From sequence record SRR2962707_543: a DNA stretch of 38,994 nucleotides; one strand, written 5' to 3'. Shown here in pieces: positions 17,723-28,196 of this stretch. A model generated the notes under the pieces. The model was not told the origin of the DNA. It saw nothing but the letters and a program-made list of their open reading frames with translations, and searched no databases. Every line of letters starts with the position of its first letter. Positions within the stretch are counted from its first letter, which is position 1. The translations under genes were made by a program, and so were the position numbers.

Positions 17723-19117
17723 ATGATGAGCGAGTTTGATTTTGACCTATTTGTTATAGGTGGTGGTTCTGGCGGTGTTCGCGCTGCGCGCCGTGTGGCG
17801 GGAATTGGCAAAAAAGTCGGATTGGCTGAAGAGTATCGTATGGGCGGAACCTGCGTCATTCGTGGCTGCGTTCCTAAAAAGCTCTTTGTTTATGCGTCGC
17901 ATTATCTTGAGCATTTTGAAGATGCTGCTGGCTATGGCTTTACCGTCGGCGAAACATCGTTCGACTGGAATGTGCTTATGGCCAACAAGGATGCGGAGAT
18001 TGCCCGCCTTGAGGGTATTTATCGCAGCGGGTTGGATAATAGTGGCGTATCGGTTTTTGATAGCCGCGCATCGCTCAAAGGACCGCATGAGATATTGATT
18101 GAGGCAACCGGTGAAACCGTGACTGCGGCGCAGATTGTGCTCGCACCAGGTGGCCATCCAAACTTTGATGCGAATTTGATCGGCGTGGAGCATTGCATCA
18201 GTTCTAATGGCGCGTTTGAACTCAAAGAACTGCCAAAATCGATTGTTGTCGCAGGCGGTGGCTATATTGCAGTTGAGTTTGCCAATATTTTCCATGGTCT
18301 TGGCGTTGAAACCACTCTGATTTATCGCGGCGAAAAAATTCTGCGCGGCTTTGATGAGGATTTGCGCGATCATCTGCAACAAGCGATGATCGATAAAGGT
18401 ATCCGGCTCGTTCTTGGGCAAGTCTTTGAAAAGATTGAGAAGCGTGCTGATGGCCGTTTATACGCTGAACTATCGGACGGCGAAGTGCTGGAAACAGATC
18501 AAGTGATGCTGGCGATTGGTCGCTCGCCCAATACAAAGGGCCTCGGTCTTGAGCTTGCCGGTGTTGAAATAGATCATAATGGCGCGATTGTTGTCGATGA
18601 TTATTGCCGCACAAAGGTTCCGCATATTTGGGCAGTTGGCGATGCGATTAACCGCGTGCAACTAACGCCGGTCGCTATCCACGAATCGATGTGCCTGTTG
18701 CAAACGGCGTTTTTGGATAATCCAACAAAGCCTGACTATGACACGATCCCGACGGCTGTATTTTCGCAGCCGGAAATTGGCACTGTGGGGCTTTCTGAAA
18801 CTGAAGCCGCGGCGCGATATGAATCGCTTGAGATTTATAAAACCACGTTCCGTCCAATGAAGAATGTTCTTCCTGGTCGCCAAGAAAAAATGATGATGAA
18901 ACTTGTTGTCGATGCGAAAACACGCATCGTCATTGGGGCGCATATCATCGGACCAGATGCAGGCGAGATGGCGCAGCTTTTGGGCATTTCGCTTAAAGCG
19001 CGCAGCACCAAGGATGATTTTGACGCAACGATGGCGCTTCATCCATCGGCCGCCGAAGAGTTGGTGACGATGTATGAGCCAAACTATCGCGTACAAAATG
19101 GTGTGCGAGTTGAGTGA
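17723..19117 (+). CDS. gor: Glutathione-disulfide reductase
   Basis: GGGSGGVRAAR, GGTCVIRGCVPKK redox disulfide, GGGYIAVEFA, LTPVAI, HPSAAEELVTM. Confidence 0.96.
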   Translation: MMSEFDFDLFVIGGGSGGVRAARRVAGIGKKVGLAEEYRMGGTCVIRGCVPKKLFVYASHYLEHFEDAAGYGFTVGETSFDWNVLMANKDAEIARLEGIYRSGLDNSGVSVFDSRASLKGPHEILIEATGETVTAAQIVLAPGGHPNFDANLIGVEHCISSNGAFELKELPKSIVVAGGGYIAVEFANIFHGLGVETTLIYRGEKILRGFDEDLRDHLQQAMIDKGIRLVLGQVFEKIEKRADGRLYAELSDGEVLETDQVMLAIGRSPNTKGLGLELAGVEIDHNGAIVVDDYCRTKVPHIWAVGDAINRVQLTPVAIHESMCLLQTAFLDNPTKPDYDTIPTAVFSQPEIGTVGLSETEAAARYESLEIYKTTFRPMKNVLPGRQEKMMMKLVVDAKTRIVIGAHIIGPDAGEMAQLLGISLKARSTKDDFDATMALHPSAAEELVTMYEPNYRVQNGVRVE

Positions 19118-19118
19118 T

Positions 19119-19754
19119 ATGGACACGGACCAATTACTCAAGCTTGCAGATGCTGGCGATTTGATAGCTTATTTCGGCTATGGTTCGCTGGTCAATCCGT
19201 TCACGCATCGCACCAATGTGATCCATTATGAACGCGCTGCGCTCCATGGCTTTTCCCGCCATTGGCAAGCCCGCCCTGATGATGGGCAGTCTCCGATTGC
19301 GCTGCTAAGTGCGGCACCATCGCAGCAGAATTCCGTTCTTCATGGACTTTTGGTGTTTGACAATGCTGAAAACTTGCCATTTTTGGACGAGCGTGAAAGC
19401 GGCTATGACCGACTTACCCTCAGCCAAGACCAGCTGGACTTAGTTTCAGGTGTTAGGCTGCCGGATTGCCCGCTTTATGTTTATTCTGGCCGTGCGCCTT
19501 CTCAGCCTGATAAACCACATTTTATTTTGCAAAGCTATTTGGATGCTGTGCTTCAGGGCTTTTTGCATCAATATGGTAAGGAAGGTGTCGATGGATTTGT
19601 GGCCAGTACAGCAAAATTTGATACAACTTTGCTGCTTGATAGGGATCACCCAATTTATCCGCGCCCGGTCACTCTATCGGCAAGCGAAGTTGAGCTGATT
19701 GATCGTGTCACAGACTTTATGGCGCGAACGCCGTCTCAAGAATTTATTTTTTAA
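19119..19754 (+). CDS. Gamma-glutamylcyclotransferase-fold protein (GGCT/ChaC-like)
   Basis: YFGYGSLVN, L.GFSR.W, LDERE.GYDR. ATG lies 1 nt after the gor stop. Confidence 0.8.
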   Translation: MDTDQLLKLADAGDLIAYFGYGSLVNPFTHRTNVIHYERAALHGFSRHWQARPDDGQSPIALLSAAPSQQNSVLHGLLVFDNAENLPFLDERESGYDRLTLSQDQLDLVSGVRLPDCPLYVYSGRAPSQPDKPHFILQSYLDAVLQGFLHQYGKEGVDGFVASTAKFDTTLLLDRDHPIYPRPVTLSASEVELIDRVTDFMARTPSQEFIF

Positions 19755-19779
19755 GCCGAAAGACGAGTCGCTTTTCGGG

Positions 19780-19809
19780 GGTGACATCATCCCTTGCTTT
19801 GCTCTATAT
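19780..19809 (+). promoter_or_regulatory. Candidate sigma70 promoter of the DAHP synthase gene
   Basis: GGTGAC-N18-CTATAT resembles the rhizobial consensus CTTGAC-N17/18-CTATAT, 50 nt upstream of ATG19860. Confidence 0.45.
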
Positions 19810-19859
19810 GGGCGCAATTAAAGGCCGCGCGGTGCGGCTTAGCATTAGGTAATAGTAAA

Positions 19860-21236
19860 ATGGCAGATATTTGGACACCCAGCAGTTGGCGCAGCAAACC
19901 TATTTTGCAGGTGCCGAGCTATCCAGATATGGATAAGCTTAAAGTCGTTGAAGAGCGCTTGAGCAGCTATCCACCGCTCGTTTTTGCAGGCGAGGCGCGT
20001 TCGCTGAAAAGCCACCTTGCGGATGTGTCAGCCGGTAAAGCGTTTTTGTTACAGGGCGGCGATTGTGCTGAGTCTTTTGCTGAACATGGTGCGGACAATA
20101 TTCGCGACTTTTTCCGCGTGTTCTTGCAAATGGCTGTTGTGCTTACATTCGGCTCTTCTAAGCCTGTTGTTAAAGTTGGCCGCATTGCCGGACAGTTTGC
20201 TAAGCCACGTTCATCGGACAATGAAACAATTGGTGATGTGACGCTGCCTTCTTACCGCGGTGACATCATCAACGGTATCGAATTTGATGCGGCTTCTCGT
20301 ATTCCGGATCCAGAGCGTCAGATCATGGCCTACCGCCAGTCTGCTGCAACACTCAACCTTATCCGTGCGTTCGCGCAAGGTGGTTATGCAAATCTTGAGA
20401 ATGTGCATCAGTGGATGCTTGGTTTCGTCTCTGAAAGCCCGCAAGGCGAGCGCTATGAGGCGTTGGCTGATCGTATTTCAGAAACTATGCAGTTCATGGC
20501 ATCGATTGGTATCACAGCCGATAATTACCACCGTTTGCGCGAGACTGAATTCTACACTAGCCATGAAGCATTGTTGCTTGGCTATGAAGAGGCGATGACA
20601 CGCACAGACTCAACGTCTGGCGATTATTATTCAACATCTGGTCACATGATCTGGATAGGCGATCGTACACGCCAGCTTGACCATGCCCATGTTGAGTATT
20701 GCCGCGGTGTAAAAAACCCAATCGGTCTTAAATGTGGTCCTTCAATTGATCCAGACGATATGCTCAATCTGATCGACCGTTTGAACCCTGAAAATGAAGC
20801 TGGTCGTTTGACGCTAATTGCGCGTTTTGGTCATGAAAAAGTTGAGGCGCATTTGCCGAAACTGATTAAAGCCGTTGAGCGCGAAGGCAAGAAAGTCGTT
20901 TGGTCATGCGATCCGATGCACGGCAATACGATTTCAGCTGGCGGTTATAAAACACGTCCATTCGACTACATTTTGGGCGAAGTTCAGTCATTCTTTGATG
21001 TGCATGAAGCCGAAGGCACCTATGCTGGCGGTATTCACGTTGAAATGACTGGCAAAAACGTGACAGAATGTATGGGCGGTGCGCGCGAAATTAAAGCTGA
21101 AGAGCTGCAAGATCGTTACCACACGCATTGCGACCCGCGCCTTAATGCCGATCAAGCGCTTGAATTGGCGTTCTTGGTGGCTGAGCGTTTGAAGGGCAGC
21201 CGCAAAGCGCCGCTAAAAACAGCTGCTTCTGCTTAA
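19860..21236 (+). CDS. Class II DAHP synthase
   Basis: [58 protein letters not shown]. Confidence 0.96.
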   Translation: MADIWTPSSWRSKPILQVPSYPDMDKLKVVEERLSSYPPLVFAGEARSLKSHLADVSAGKAFLLQGGDCAESFAEHGADNIRDFFRVFLQMAVVLTFGSSKPVVKVGRIAGQFAKPRSSDNETIGDVTLPSYRGDIINGIEFDAASRIPDPERQIMAYRQSAATLNLIRAFAQGGYANLENVHQWMLGFVSESPQGERYEALADRISETMQFMASIGITADNYHRLRETEFYTSHEALLLGYEEAMTRTDSTSGDYYSTSGHMIWIGDRTRQLDHAHVEYCRGVKNPIGLKCGPSIDPDDMLNLIDRLNPENEAGRLTLIARFGHEKVEAHLPKLIKAVEREGKKVVWSCDPMHGNTISAGGYKTRPFDYILGEVQSFFDVHEAEGTYAGGIHVEMTGKNVTECMGGAREIKAEELQDRYHTHCDPRLNADQALELAFLVAERLKGSRKAPLKTAASA

Positions 21237-21259
21237 AACGCGAAGCAAAAGAATTATTG

Positions 21260-21289
21260 AACACCCGCATGAAAATGCGGGTGTTTTTT
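21260..21289 (+). terminator. Intrinsic terminator
   Basis: AACACCCGCAT-GAAA-ATGCGGGTGTT followed by TTTT, downstream of the DAHP synthase stop. Confidence 0.88.
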
Positions 21290-21379
21290 ATTGTGCACTT
21301 ATCGCGAACGAATAGTCACTCTTTGTCCACGTTGATGTTATCTTGCGGCGCTCTATGTTTGGGAAAAGGAGACACTATT

Positions 21380-22174
21380 ATGTCTATGCCAAGCTTATTT
21401 ATTTCTCACGGTGGCCCGAATGTGGTGACCGACCCTTCTGAAGCGCGGGATTTTTTAAAGTCTTTGCCAAGCCAGTTTGAAACGCCAAAAGCAATTGTTA
21501 TTGTTTCTGCGCATTTTGAAACCAATGGCCCCGTCGTCGTTCGCGATCCAGAACCTGGGATGATTTATGATTTTGGTGGATTTTCACCAGAACTCTATCA
21601 AATGGTTTTCCCTGCTAAGGGCGATCCAGCGCTAGCGGCTAAGGTTTATGGCTTGCTTGATGAGGCAGGACTTGATCCACAATTTGCTGATAAACGTGGC
21701 TATGACCACGGCACATGGAATACGATGATTTTGGCGTGGCCTAAGGGTGAAATTCCGGTGGTCCAATTGTCCATAGATCCAAACCGTGATGCGGCTTACC
21801 ATTTTGCGTTAGGCGAAGCGTTATCGAGCTTGCGAGAAGAGGGCATTTTGCTAATCGGCTCAGGCCATATTACGCATAATCTGCGCGCGGTGTTTGGCGC
21901 TATGCGCGGCGGCATTAAGCTCGATCCTGTGATGACCGCAAAAGTGGATGATTTCACCAATTGGTTCAAGGAAGTGCTTGAGAGCGATGATGTGGAAAAA
22001 CTGCTCAAATGGCGCGAATTGGCGCCGTATGTCGCGGATAACCATCCAACAGACGAGCATTTGATGCCATTGTTTTTTGCACGCGGTGCCGCTGGCAAAC
22101 ACGCCCATGCAAAGCGTATTCATGATTCGCGCCAGTATGGCTTTTTCGCATGGGATAGCTGGCTGTTTGAATAG
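21380..22174 (+). CDS. Class III extradiol dioxygenase (DODA/YgiD-like, LigB family)
   Basis: LFISHGGP, VSAHF, IYDFGGF, RGYDHG.W, GSGHITHNL, HPTDEHLMPL. AGGAG RBS before ATG21380. Confidence 0.92.
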   Translation: MSMPSLFISHGGPNVVTDPSEARDFLKSLPSQFETPKAIVIVSAHFETNGPVVVRDPEPGMIYDFGGFSPELYQMVFPAKGDPALAAKVYGLLDEAGLDPQFADKRGYDHGTWNTMILAWPKGEIPVVQLSIDPNRDAAYHFALGEALSSLREEGILLIGSGHITHNLRAVFGAMRGGIKLDPVMTAKVDDFTNWFKEVLESDDVEKLLKWRELAPYVADNHPTDEHLMPLFFARGAAGKHAHAKRIHDSRQYGFFAWDSWLFE

Positions 22175-22183
22175 GACACAGGC

Positions 22184-22561
22184 ATGCAAAAGGGTGGTTG
22201 CTACTGCGGTGCAGTGCGCTTTGAAGTAAACGGCGACTTGCGTGAAGTGATTTATTGTCACTGCACGCAATGCCGAAAGCAAACAGGGCATTTTGTGGCG
22301 GCCACGCGCTGCGAAGACACGTCTTTAAAAGTTGAAGGCGAAGACAATCTGACGTGGTTTGCTGCGTCAGAAACCGCAAAACGCGGCTTTTGCGCGATTT
22401 GCGGTGCCTCGCTCTTTTGGAAGGCGGCTGGAAATTCCGGCACGTCTATTATGGCTGGTAGTTTTGAAAATCCGACTGGTCTAAAGTCCGGTTATCATAT
22501 TTTTGTGGGTGATAAGGGCGACTATTATGAGATTTGCGATGGCTTACCGCAATTTGATTAG
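22184..22561 (+). CDS. GFA / CENP-V family zinc-binding protein
   Basis: GGCYCGAVRF, CHCTQCRK, RGFCAICG. Confidence 0.92.
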   Translation: MQKGGCYCGAVRFEVNGDLREVIYCHCTQCRKQTGHFVAATRCEDTSLKVEGEDNLTWFAASETAKRGFCAICGASLFWKAAGNSGTSIMAGSFENPTGLKSGYHIFVGDKGDYYEICDGLPQFD

Positions 22562-22606
22562 TTCACTCGATTGCGCCTGACATAAAGCCGCGCTAATCCT
22601 TTTTTC

Positions 22607-24292
22607 ATGAGCACGAAAAATACATCATCACCGAGCGTTTTACGCATTGCGATTGCGCAGTTAAATCCAACTGTTGGCGACATTGCGGGCAATTTAGCCT
22701 TGGCAATGGACGCCTATGGCGATGCCAAGCGCCATGGCGCAGATTTGGTTCTCTATCCAGAACTGTTTATTTCCGGCTATCCGCCTGAAGATCTGGTGAT
22801 GCGGCCTGCATTTTTGACCGCCTGCGATGCAGCGGTAAAAGAATTTGCCGAACAGACAAAGGGCGATGGGCCTGGCGCCATTATGGGTGCGCCGATGCTG
22901 CGTGATGGCAAGCGCCTCAACGGTGTTGCCGTCATTGATAATGGCGAAATTATCGCGGAGCGTTTTAAGGTCGATCTGCCGAACTATGGCGAATTTGACG
23001 AAAAGCGTGTTTTTCAAGCTGGCGAAATGCCCGGACCCGTGGATTTTCGCGGTGTGCGCATCGGTATTCCAATTTGCGAAGATATTTGGGGCGAACTTGG
23101 CGTTTGCGAAACACTCGCTGAGAGCGGCGCAGAGATTTTGCTCGTGCCGAACGGTTCTCCCTATTATCGCGGCAAGGTCGATATTCGCCATCAAGTGGTT
23201 ATAAAACAGGTTATCGAAAGCGAATTGCCGATCATCTATTGTGCGCTTCTTGGCGGACAAGATGAGCTGGTTTTCGATGGTGCTTCTTTTGCCTTTAACG
23301 CGGATCGCTCTTTGGCGTTTCAAATGAGCCAGTTTGAGGCACAAGTGTCTATCAGCACATGGAAACGCAAAGGCGATGCGTGGGTCTGTTCTGAAGGGCC
23401 GATGTCCGTCATTCCGCAAGCTGAAGAGGCTGATTACCGCGCCTGTATGTTTGGCCTTCGCGATTATGTGAATAAAAACGGCTTTAAGAATGTCGTGCTG
23501 GGCATGTCTGGCGGTATTGATAGCGCCATTTGCGCTGCGCTGGCGGTTGATGCGCTTGGCGAAGAGCGTGTGCGCTGTGTGATGATGCCTTACACCTATA
23601 CGGCCAAGGAAAGCCTGACGGACGCTGAGGCGGGCGCTAAGGCGCTTGGCTGCCGCTATGATGTTGTGCCCATCTTTGAGCCTGTTGAAGGGTTCACCTC
23701 TGCGCTATCTGAAATGTTTGAAGGCACCAAAGAGGGGATTACTGAAGAGAACCTTCAAAGCCGCGCGCGCGGCGTTATCCTCATGGCGATTTCAAACAAA
23801 TTTGGCTCGATGGTTGTGACCACAGGCAATAAGTCTGAAATGTCGGTTGGCTATGCCACGCTTTACGGCGATATGAATGGCGGGTTTAACCCGATCAAAG
23901 ACCTTTATAAAATGCAGGTCTATGCTTTGGCGCGTTGGCGCAATACGGCCGTTCCGGCCACAGGGCTTGGGCCATCGGGTGAAGTGATACCGCAAAACAT
24001 TATCGACAAAGCACCGTCAGCAGAGCTGCGCCCTGACCAAACCGATCAGGATTCGCTGCCGCCTTATCCGGTGCTTGATGATATTTTGGAATCTCTCGTG
24101 GAAAATGAGATGTCGACCGATGATATCGTTGCGCGTGGTCATGATAGAGAGCTGGTGCACCGCATTGAGCATCTGCTTTATATCGCAGAATATAAGCGCC
24201 GCCAGTCTGCACCGGGCGTCAAAATAACCCGCAAACAATTTGGCCGTGACCGGCGTTATCCGATCACAAATCGATTCAGAGATCGCAGCTAG
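22607..24292 (+). CDS. nadE: Glutamine-dependent NAD+ synthetase
   Basis: Nitrilase-type E-K-C triad (YPELF, FKVDLPNY, ICEDIW); SGGIDS; ENLQSRARG; TTGNKSE; APSAEL; EYKRRQ. Confidence 0.97.
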   Translation: MSTKNTSSPSVLRIAIAQLNPTVGDIAGNLALAMDAYGDAKRHGADLVLYPELFISGYPPEDLVMRPAFLTACDAAVKEFAEQTKGDGPGAIMGAPMLRDGKRLNGVAVIDNGEIIAERFKVDLPNYGEFDEKRVFQAGEMPGPVDFRGVRIGIPICEDIWGELGVCETLAESGAEILLVPNGSPYYRGKVDIRHQVVIKQVIESELPIIYCALLGGQDELVFDGASFAFNADRSLAFQMSQFEAQVSISTWKRKGDAWVCSEGPMSVIPQAEEADYRACMFGLRDYVNKNGFKNVVLGMSGGIDSAICAALAVDALGEERVRCVMMPYTYTAKESLTDAEAGAKALGCRYDVVPIFEPVEGFTSALSEMFEGTKEGITEENLQSRARGVILMAISNKFGSMVVTTGNKSEMSVGYATLYGDMNGGFNPIKDLYKMQVYALARWRNTAVPATGLGPSGEVIPQNIIDKAPSAELRPDQTDQDSLPPYPVLDDILESLVENEMSTDDIVARGHDRELVHRIEHLLYIAEYKRRQSAPGVKITRKQFGRDRRYPITNRFRDRS

Positions 24293-24370
24293 CGATCTGA
24301 AATTATTTTACTTTTCTGTTTCACGGCGTTCGTTCGTGATCTTTTAGAATATATAGAAAGTAGGCAATTT

Positions 24371-25585
24371 ATGCCGGTTTTCAAATTTATCGCGCTTAAT
24401 GCCCGCTGGATCGTTGGAGCGTTTTTGCTCACGTTCTTTTCGTCCTTTGGACAGACGTTTTTTATCTCACTGTCAGCGGGCGATATTCGCTCTGAATATA
24501 ATTTGAGCCATGGTGATTTTGGCCTTTTATATATGGTTGCGACTTTGGCGAGCGCGCTAACTCTGCCATGGCTTGGCAAAATCGTTGACCGGTTTACACC
24601 TGCTCAGGTGACGATGATTATCGTTCCGCTGCTCGCGCTGGGTTCGCTCGGTATGGCGTTTTCACAACATATTGTAACGCTTGTTGTTGCCATTTATTTG
24701 CTGCGGCTTTTTGGGCAAGGAATGATGACGCAGAACGCGCTGACCGCGACTGCGCGGTGGTTTGCGGCCAATAGGGGCAGGGCGATCTCATTCGTATCGC
24801 TTGGCCAGAATGTTGGCGAAGCGATATTGCCGTTCGTTTTCGTTGCTGTTGCTGCTGCCATTGGCTGGCGCTATGCGTGGATTTCATTTGCGGCCCTTCT
24901 TATTATTGTAGCCTTGCCAATCATAACAGGATTGGTGGCCAAAGACCGCGAGAAACACGCGCTTGATCCGGAGCCAAAAGTCTCCTCACAGCATAATTGG
25001 ACGCGGGCTGAAGTTGTACGTGATCCATGGTTTTGGGTGTTGCTCAGCGGTGTTCTCGCGCCGCCTTTTATCGGCACGACGATCTTTTTCCATCAGGTTT
25101 ATTTGGTTGAATTGCGCGGTTGGTCGCTCACAGTTTTTGCCTCTGCATTTTCGATTATGGCCTGCTCGACGATCACTTTCGCGCTGATCTCCGGCTATTT
25201 GGTTGATCGGTTTTCAGCGGTTGCGCTGCTTCCTGCATTTCTTATTCCGTTGGCGCTTTCTTGTTTTGCGCTTGGCGGTATTGAGGCGGCATGGGCACCA
25301 TTCTTGTTTATGACGCTGATGGGCGTATCCTACGGCTTTTCATCCACCTTGGTGGGAGCGGTTTGGCCTGAGGTCTATGGCACGAAACATTTGGGCTCCA
25401 TTCGCGCACTCATCGTATCGCTAATGGTGTTTGGCACGGCTGCTGGACCGGGCCTCACCGGCTGGTTGATTGATAGCGGTGTGTCCTACCCAAAACAGAT
25501 CATCGCCATGGCGATTTATTGTCTATTTGCCTGCGTGGCCTTGTTTTTTGCCTCGCGTCATCTCCTCGAACGGCATAAAGCGTAG
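24371..25585 (+). CDS. MFS transporter
   Basis: About 12 TM helices with MFS motif A repeated (LGKIVDRF, GYLVDRF). Confidence 0.9.
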   Translation: MPVFKFIALNARWIVGAFLLTFFSSFGQTFFISLSAGDIRSEYNLSHGDFGLLYMVATLASALTLPWLGKIVDRFTPAQVTMIIVPLLALGSLGMAFSQHIVTLVVAIYLLRLFGQGMMTQNALTATARWFAANRGRAISFVSLGQNVGEAILPFVFVAVAAAIGWRYAWISFAALLIIVALPIITGLVAKDREKHALDPEPKVSSQHNWTRAEVVRDPWFWVLLSGVLAPPFIGTTIFFHQVYLVELRGWSLTVFASAFSIMACSTITFALISGYLVDRFSAVALLPAFLIPLALSCFALGGIEAAWAPFLFMTLMGVSYGFSSTLVGAVWPEVYGTKHLGSIRALIVSLMVFGTAAGPGLTGWLIDSGVSYPKQIIAMAIYCLFACVALFFASRHLLERHKA

Positions 25586-25646
25586 TTTATGCGCTTGCTT
25601 GTTCAAATTACTTGCAAAATTGTTGGCGCTTAGATAGGCGAGAACC

Positions 25647-27029
25647 ATGTCCATTACAGTTAGATTTGCTCCTTCACCCACCGGTTACATTCATATTGGC
25701 AATGTACGCACAGCCTTGTTCAATTGGCTTTATGCCAAGCAAAACGACGGCAAGTTCGTTCTGCGCTATGATGATACCGATGTCGTGCGCTCAAAAACCG
25801 AATATGCGGAACAAATTGCGCGAGATTTAAAATGGCTTGGCATTCATCCGGACCGCGTTGAATATCAGTCAAAACGCATGGCTGAATATGATGCTGCTGC
25901 GCAAAAGCTGAGAGATGCTGGCCTTCTTTACGCCTGTTATGAAACAGCAGACGAATTAGAGCGTCGCCGCAAAATTCGCCTTGGCCGTAAGTTACCGCCG
26001 GTCTATGGCCGCGAAGCGCTTAAATATACACCGGAAGAAATCGCTGCGTTTGAAGCGGAAGGCCGCAAACCTCATTGGCGCTTTATGCTGCCGAACTATG
26101 CTGACAGCCCGTTTGAAACAACGCGCACTGAGATCGTGTTTGAAGATGCTGTGCGTGGTCGTCAAGCTGTTGATTTGGCTTCTATGTCTGATCCGGTATT
26201 GGTGCGAGAAGATGGTTCTTACCTCTACACTTTGCCATCAGTAGTCGATGACATCGAAATGGGTGTCACGCACATTATCCGCGGTGATGACCATGTTACG
26301 AATACGGGCGTTCAGATCGCTATTTTTGAAGCGCTGGGCGCAAAAGCACCGGCATTTGGGCATCACAATTTGCTGACGACAATTAGCGGTGACGGTCTTT
26401 CTAAACGCACCGGCGCGCTTTCTATTATGAGCCTTAATCAGGCAGGCTATGAGCCGATGGCAGTGGCCAGTTTAGCTGTTCTTATTGGTTCGTCAGAAAA
26501 TGTCGTGGCAGCGCCCGATATGGATGCGCTTATGGGTCTGTTCACGATTTCAGCGACCACAAAATCAGCGGCAAAATTTGACCCTTCTGAACTCGATGGG
26601 CTAAACGAAACGCTCGTTCATGCGCTCACATTTGATGATGTGAAAGAGCGCCTTGCAGCGGCTGGCGTTGATGTTGCTGATCCACGCGCCGCAGATTTCT
26701 GGGGCTTGGTTCGCAAGAATGTGAAAAAAGTTTCAGATGCTGGCGAATGGTGGCCAATCATCGCATCGCAAAAATCTAGCGATGATGTGCTTGATGGCGA
26801 AGATCTTGATTTCGCACGTACTGCCTTCGATGCTTTCCCTGAAGGGGACGTGACTGGCGAGACTTGGAAAGCTTGGACATCTGAGCTTAAAGCCTCAACT
26901 GGTCGCAAAGGCCGTGGGCTGTTTATGCCGCTTCGTATTGCGCTTACTGGACGCTCGTGGGGCCCGGAGCTTGCAGATCTATTGCCGTTGTTGGGTCGGG
27001 AAGAAATTCTGGCCCGACGACCCGAATAA
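25647..27029 (+). CDS. gltX: Glutamate--tRNA ligase (divergent alphaproteobacterial paralog type)
   Basis: [23 protein letters not shown], anticodon domain [17 protein letters not shown]...GPEL. Confidence 0.95.
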   Translation: MSITVRFAPSPTGYIHIGNVRTALFNWLYAKQNDGKFVLRYDDTDVVRSKTEYAEQIARDLKWLGIHPDRVEYQSKRMAEYDAAAQKLRDAGLLYACYETADELERRRKIRLGRKLPPVYGREALKYTPEEIAAFEAEGRKPHWRFMLPNYADSPFETTRTEIVFEDAVRGRQAVDLASMSDPVLVREDGSYLYTLPSVVDDIEMGVTHIIRGDDHVTNTGVQIAIFEALGAKAPAFGHHNLLTTISGDGLSKRTGALSIMSLNQAGYEPMAVASLAVLIGSSENVVAAPDMDALMGLFTISATTKSAAKFDPSELDGLNETLVHALTFDDVKERLAAAGVDVADPRAADFWGLVRKNVKKVSDAGEWWPIIASQKSSDDVLDGEDLDFARTAFDAFPEGDVTGETWKAWTSELKASTGRKGRGLFMPLRIALTGRSWGPELADLLPLLGREEILARRPE

Positions 27030-28122
27030 TACGGTCTGCGTTGCTTAGCTCTAATTCGTCTTCCTCGGTTTTCCCGATGAACTTTTTGATCATGTCGATG
27101 TCGACACCGGCTGCGGCATTGCGCTGGGATTCTTTATCCGCATTTGGGTCTGTTCGCAGTTGCACTCTGCTTGGGACATTCGCGGGAAGAACTGCGTTTT
27201 CAGGTGTGATTTCATCCATTTTTTGAAGGCCGCCAATTGATATACCGACAGCGGCTGGATTTGCCGTGCCGCAGCTGCATGTTGGACTTCTGGCTTGATC
27301 TCGGTATTTGAAAGCCGTTGGTAACTCTTTGTAAGACTCGCCAGCCAAGGACATCATTTGCTCGGCATCGTCTTCGTCGTTGCGTATGACGAATAGTTTT
27401 GATTCAGCGGCCGGACACAGCGCACTGCAAATCGTCTCGTCGCGCGCAAATTGCGATGAACGCGATGTATGCGAAATAGGAAAATAATAGCCGTCACAGG
27501 TGCGAACGCACACTGTGCGGTAATTGCCGGGGCCGCTTGGGAAAGTGTTTATTAAAGGTCGGTTTCGACGCGGCGTTTCGCTATCGCTGCTTCGGTTTTT
27601 TACTTCCAGTGTTTTTGGGCCCGATCTTATATCGTCTAATGGCTCTAACCCATCAATTTGCTGACGCGGCTTTATCAATCTAGGCTTTTCGTCACAGCGC
27701 AGCGCAGCAAAACGCGCTTTAAGCTTCTTGGTTTGGCCTGCCGATTTAGACTCAAATGAATCTCGGCGGCGGACCAAGGTGCGATAGTTCCGCTTCATTT
27801 CACCAATCGTTTGGCGCAGTGCCGAACAACGTGAATCTCCCCCGAAGCCGCAATTGTTGGCTTCTAGGAGGCTAGTTGCGCGTGAAATCTCCGAGGCCTG
27901 ACGATTGGCAGCCTGATCGTATTTTCTAAAATTTGGCGAGGGGCCTCTGTTTGCAGAAGCAATTTGTTGCTTGAGCGCCGCACATTGCTGAGCATTGGCG
28001 TAGGCGCTATTCGTTTGCATATATGAATAGGCAAATATGATCGAAAAAACAAAAAGATAGAATGCATTTTGCCGTGCGGCAACGCATGCTCCACCCAATC
28101 GTCTTGCACTACTTCCAAACAT
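26944..28122 (-). CDS. DUF2865 domain-containing exported Cys-rich protein
   Basis: Hydrophobic N-terminus, coiled-coil region, [17 protein letters not shown]...CSALCP...LPTAFKYR...CSC. Start uncertain (28122 or 28164). Confidence 0.85.
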   Translation of the reverse strand: MFGSSARRLGGACVAARQNAFYLFVFSIIFAYSYMQTNSAYANAQQCAALKQQIASANRGPSPNFRKYDQAANRQASEISRATSLLEANNCGFGGDSRCSALRQTIGEMKRNYRTLVRRRDSFESKSAGQTKKLKARFAALRCDEKPRLIKPRQQIDGLEPLDDIRSGPKTLEVKNRSSDSETPRRNRPLINTFPSGPGNYRTVCVRTCDGYYFPISHTSRSSQFARDETICSALCPAAESKLFVIRNDEDDAEQMMSLAGESYKELPTAFKYRDQARSPTCSCGTANPAAVGISIGGLQKMDEITPENAVLPANVPSRVQLRTDPNADKESQRNAAAGVDIDMIKKFIGKTEEDELELSNADRIIRVVGPEFLPDPTTAIDLQAPGPTSVQ

Positions 28123-28196
28123 TAGTTCACCCTTTAACGCTATGATAATAACGCTAAAGGGCAAAAATTTGTTTAAGTTTTGCCTTTTTAGGCAAT

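Noticed and set aside
17747..18421. 224-aa antisense ORF inside gor
   Set aside because: Shadow ORF fully opposite a conserved gene; no recognisable motifs.
22694..23419. 241-aa antisense ORF inside nadE (and many similar shorter nested ORFs)
   Set aside because: Typical shadow frames of well-conserved genes; no family features.
28134..28148. CtrA-like TTAA-N7-ATAA near the DUF2865 start
   Set aside because: Imperfect match in AT-rich DNA; unsupported without conservation data.
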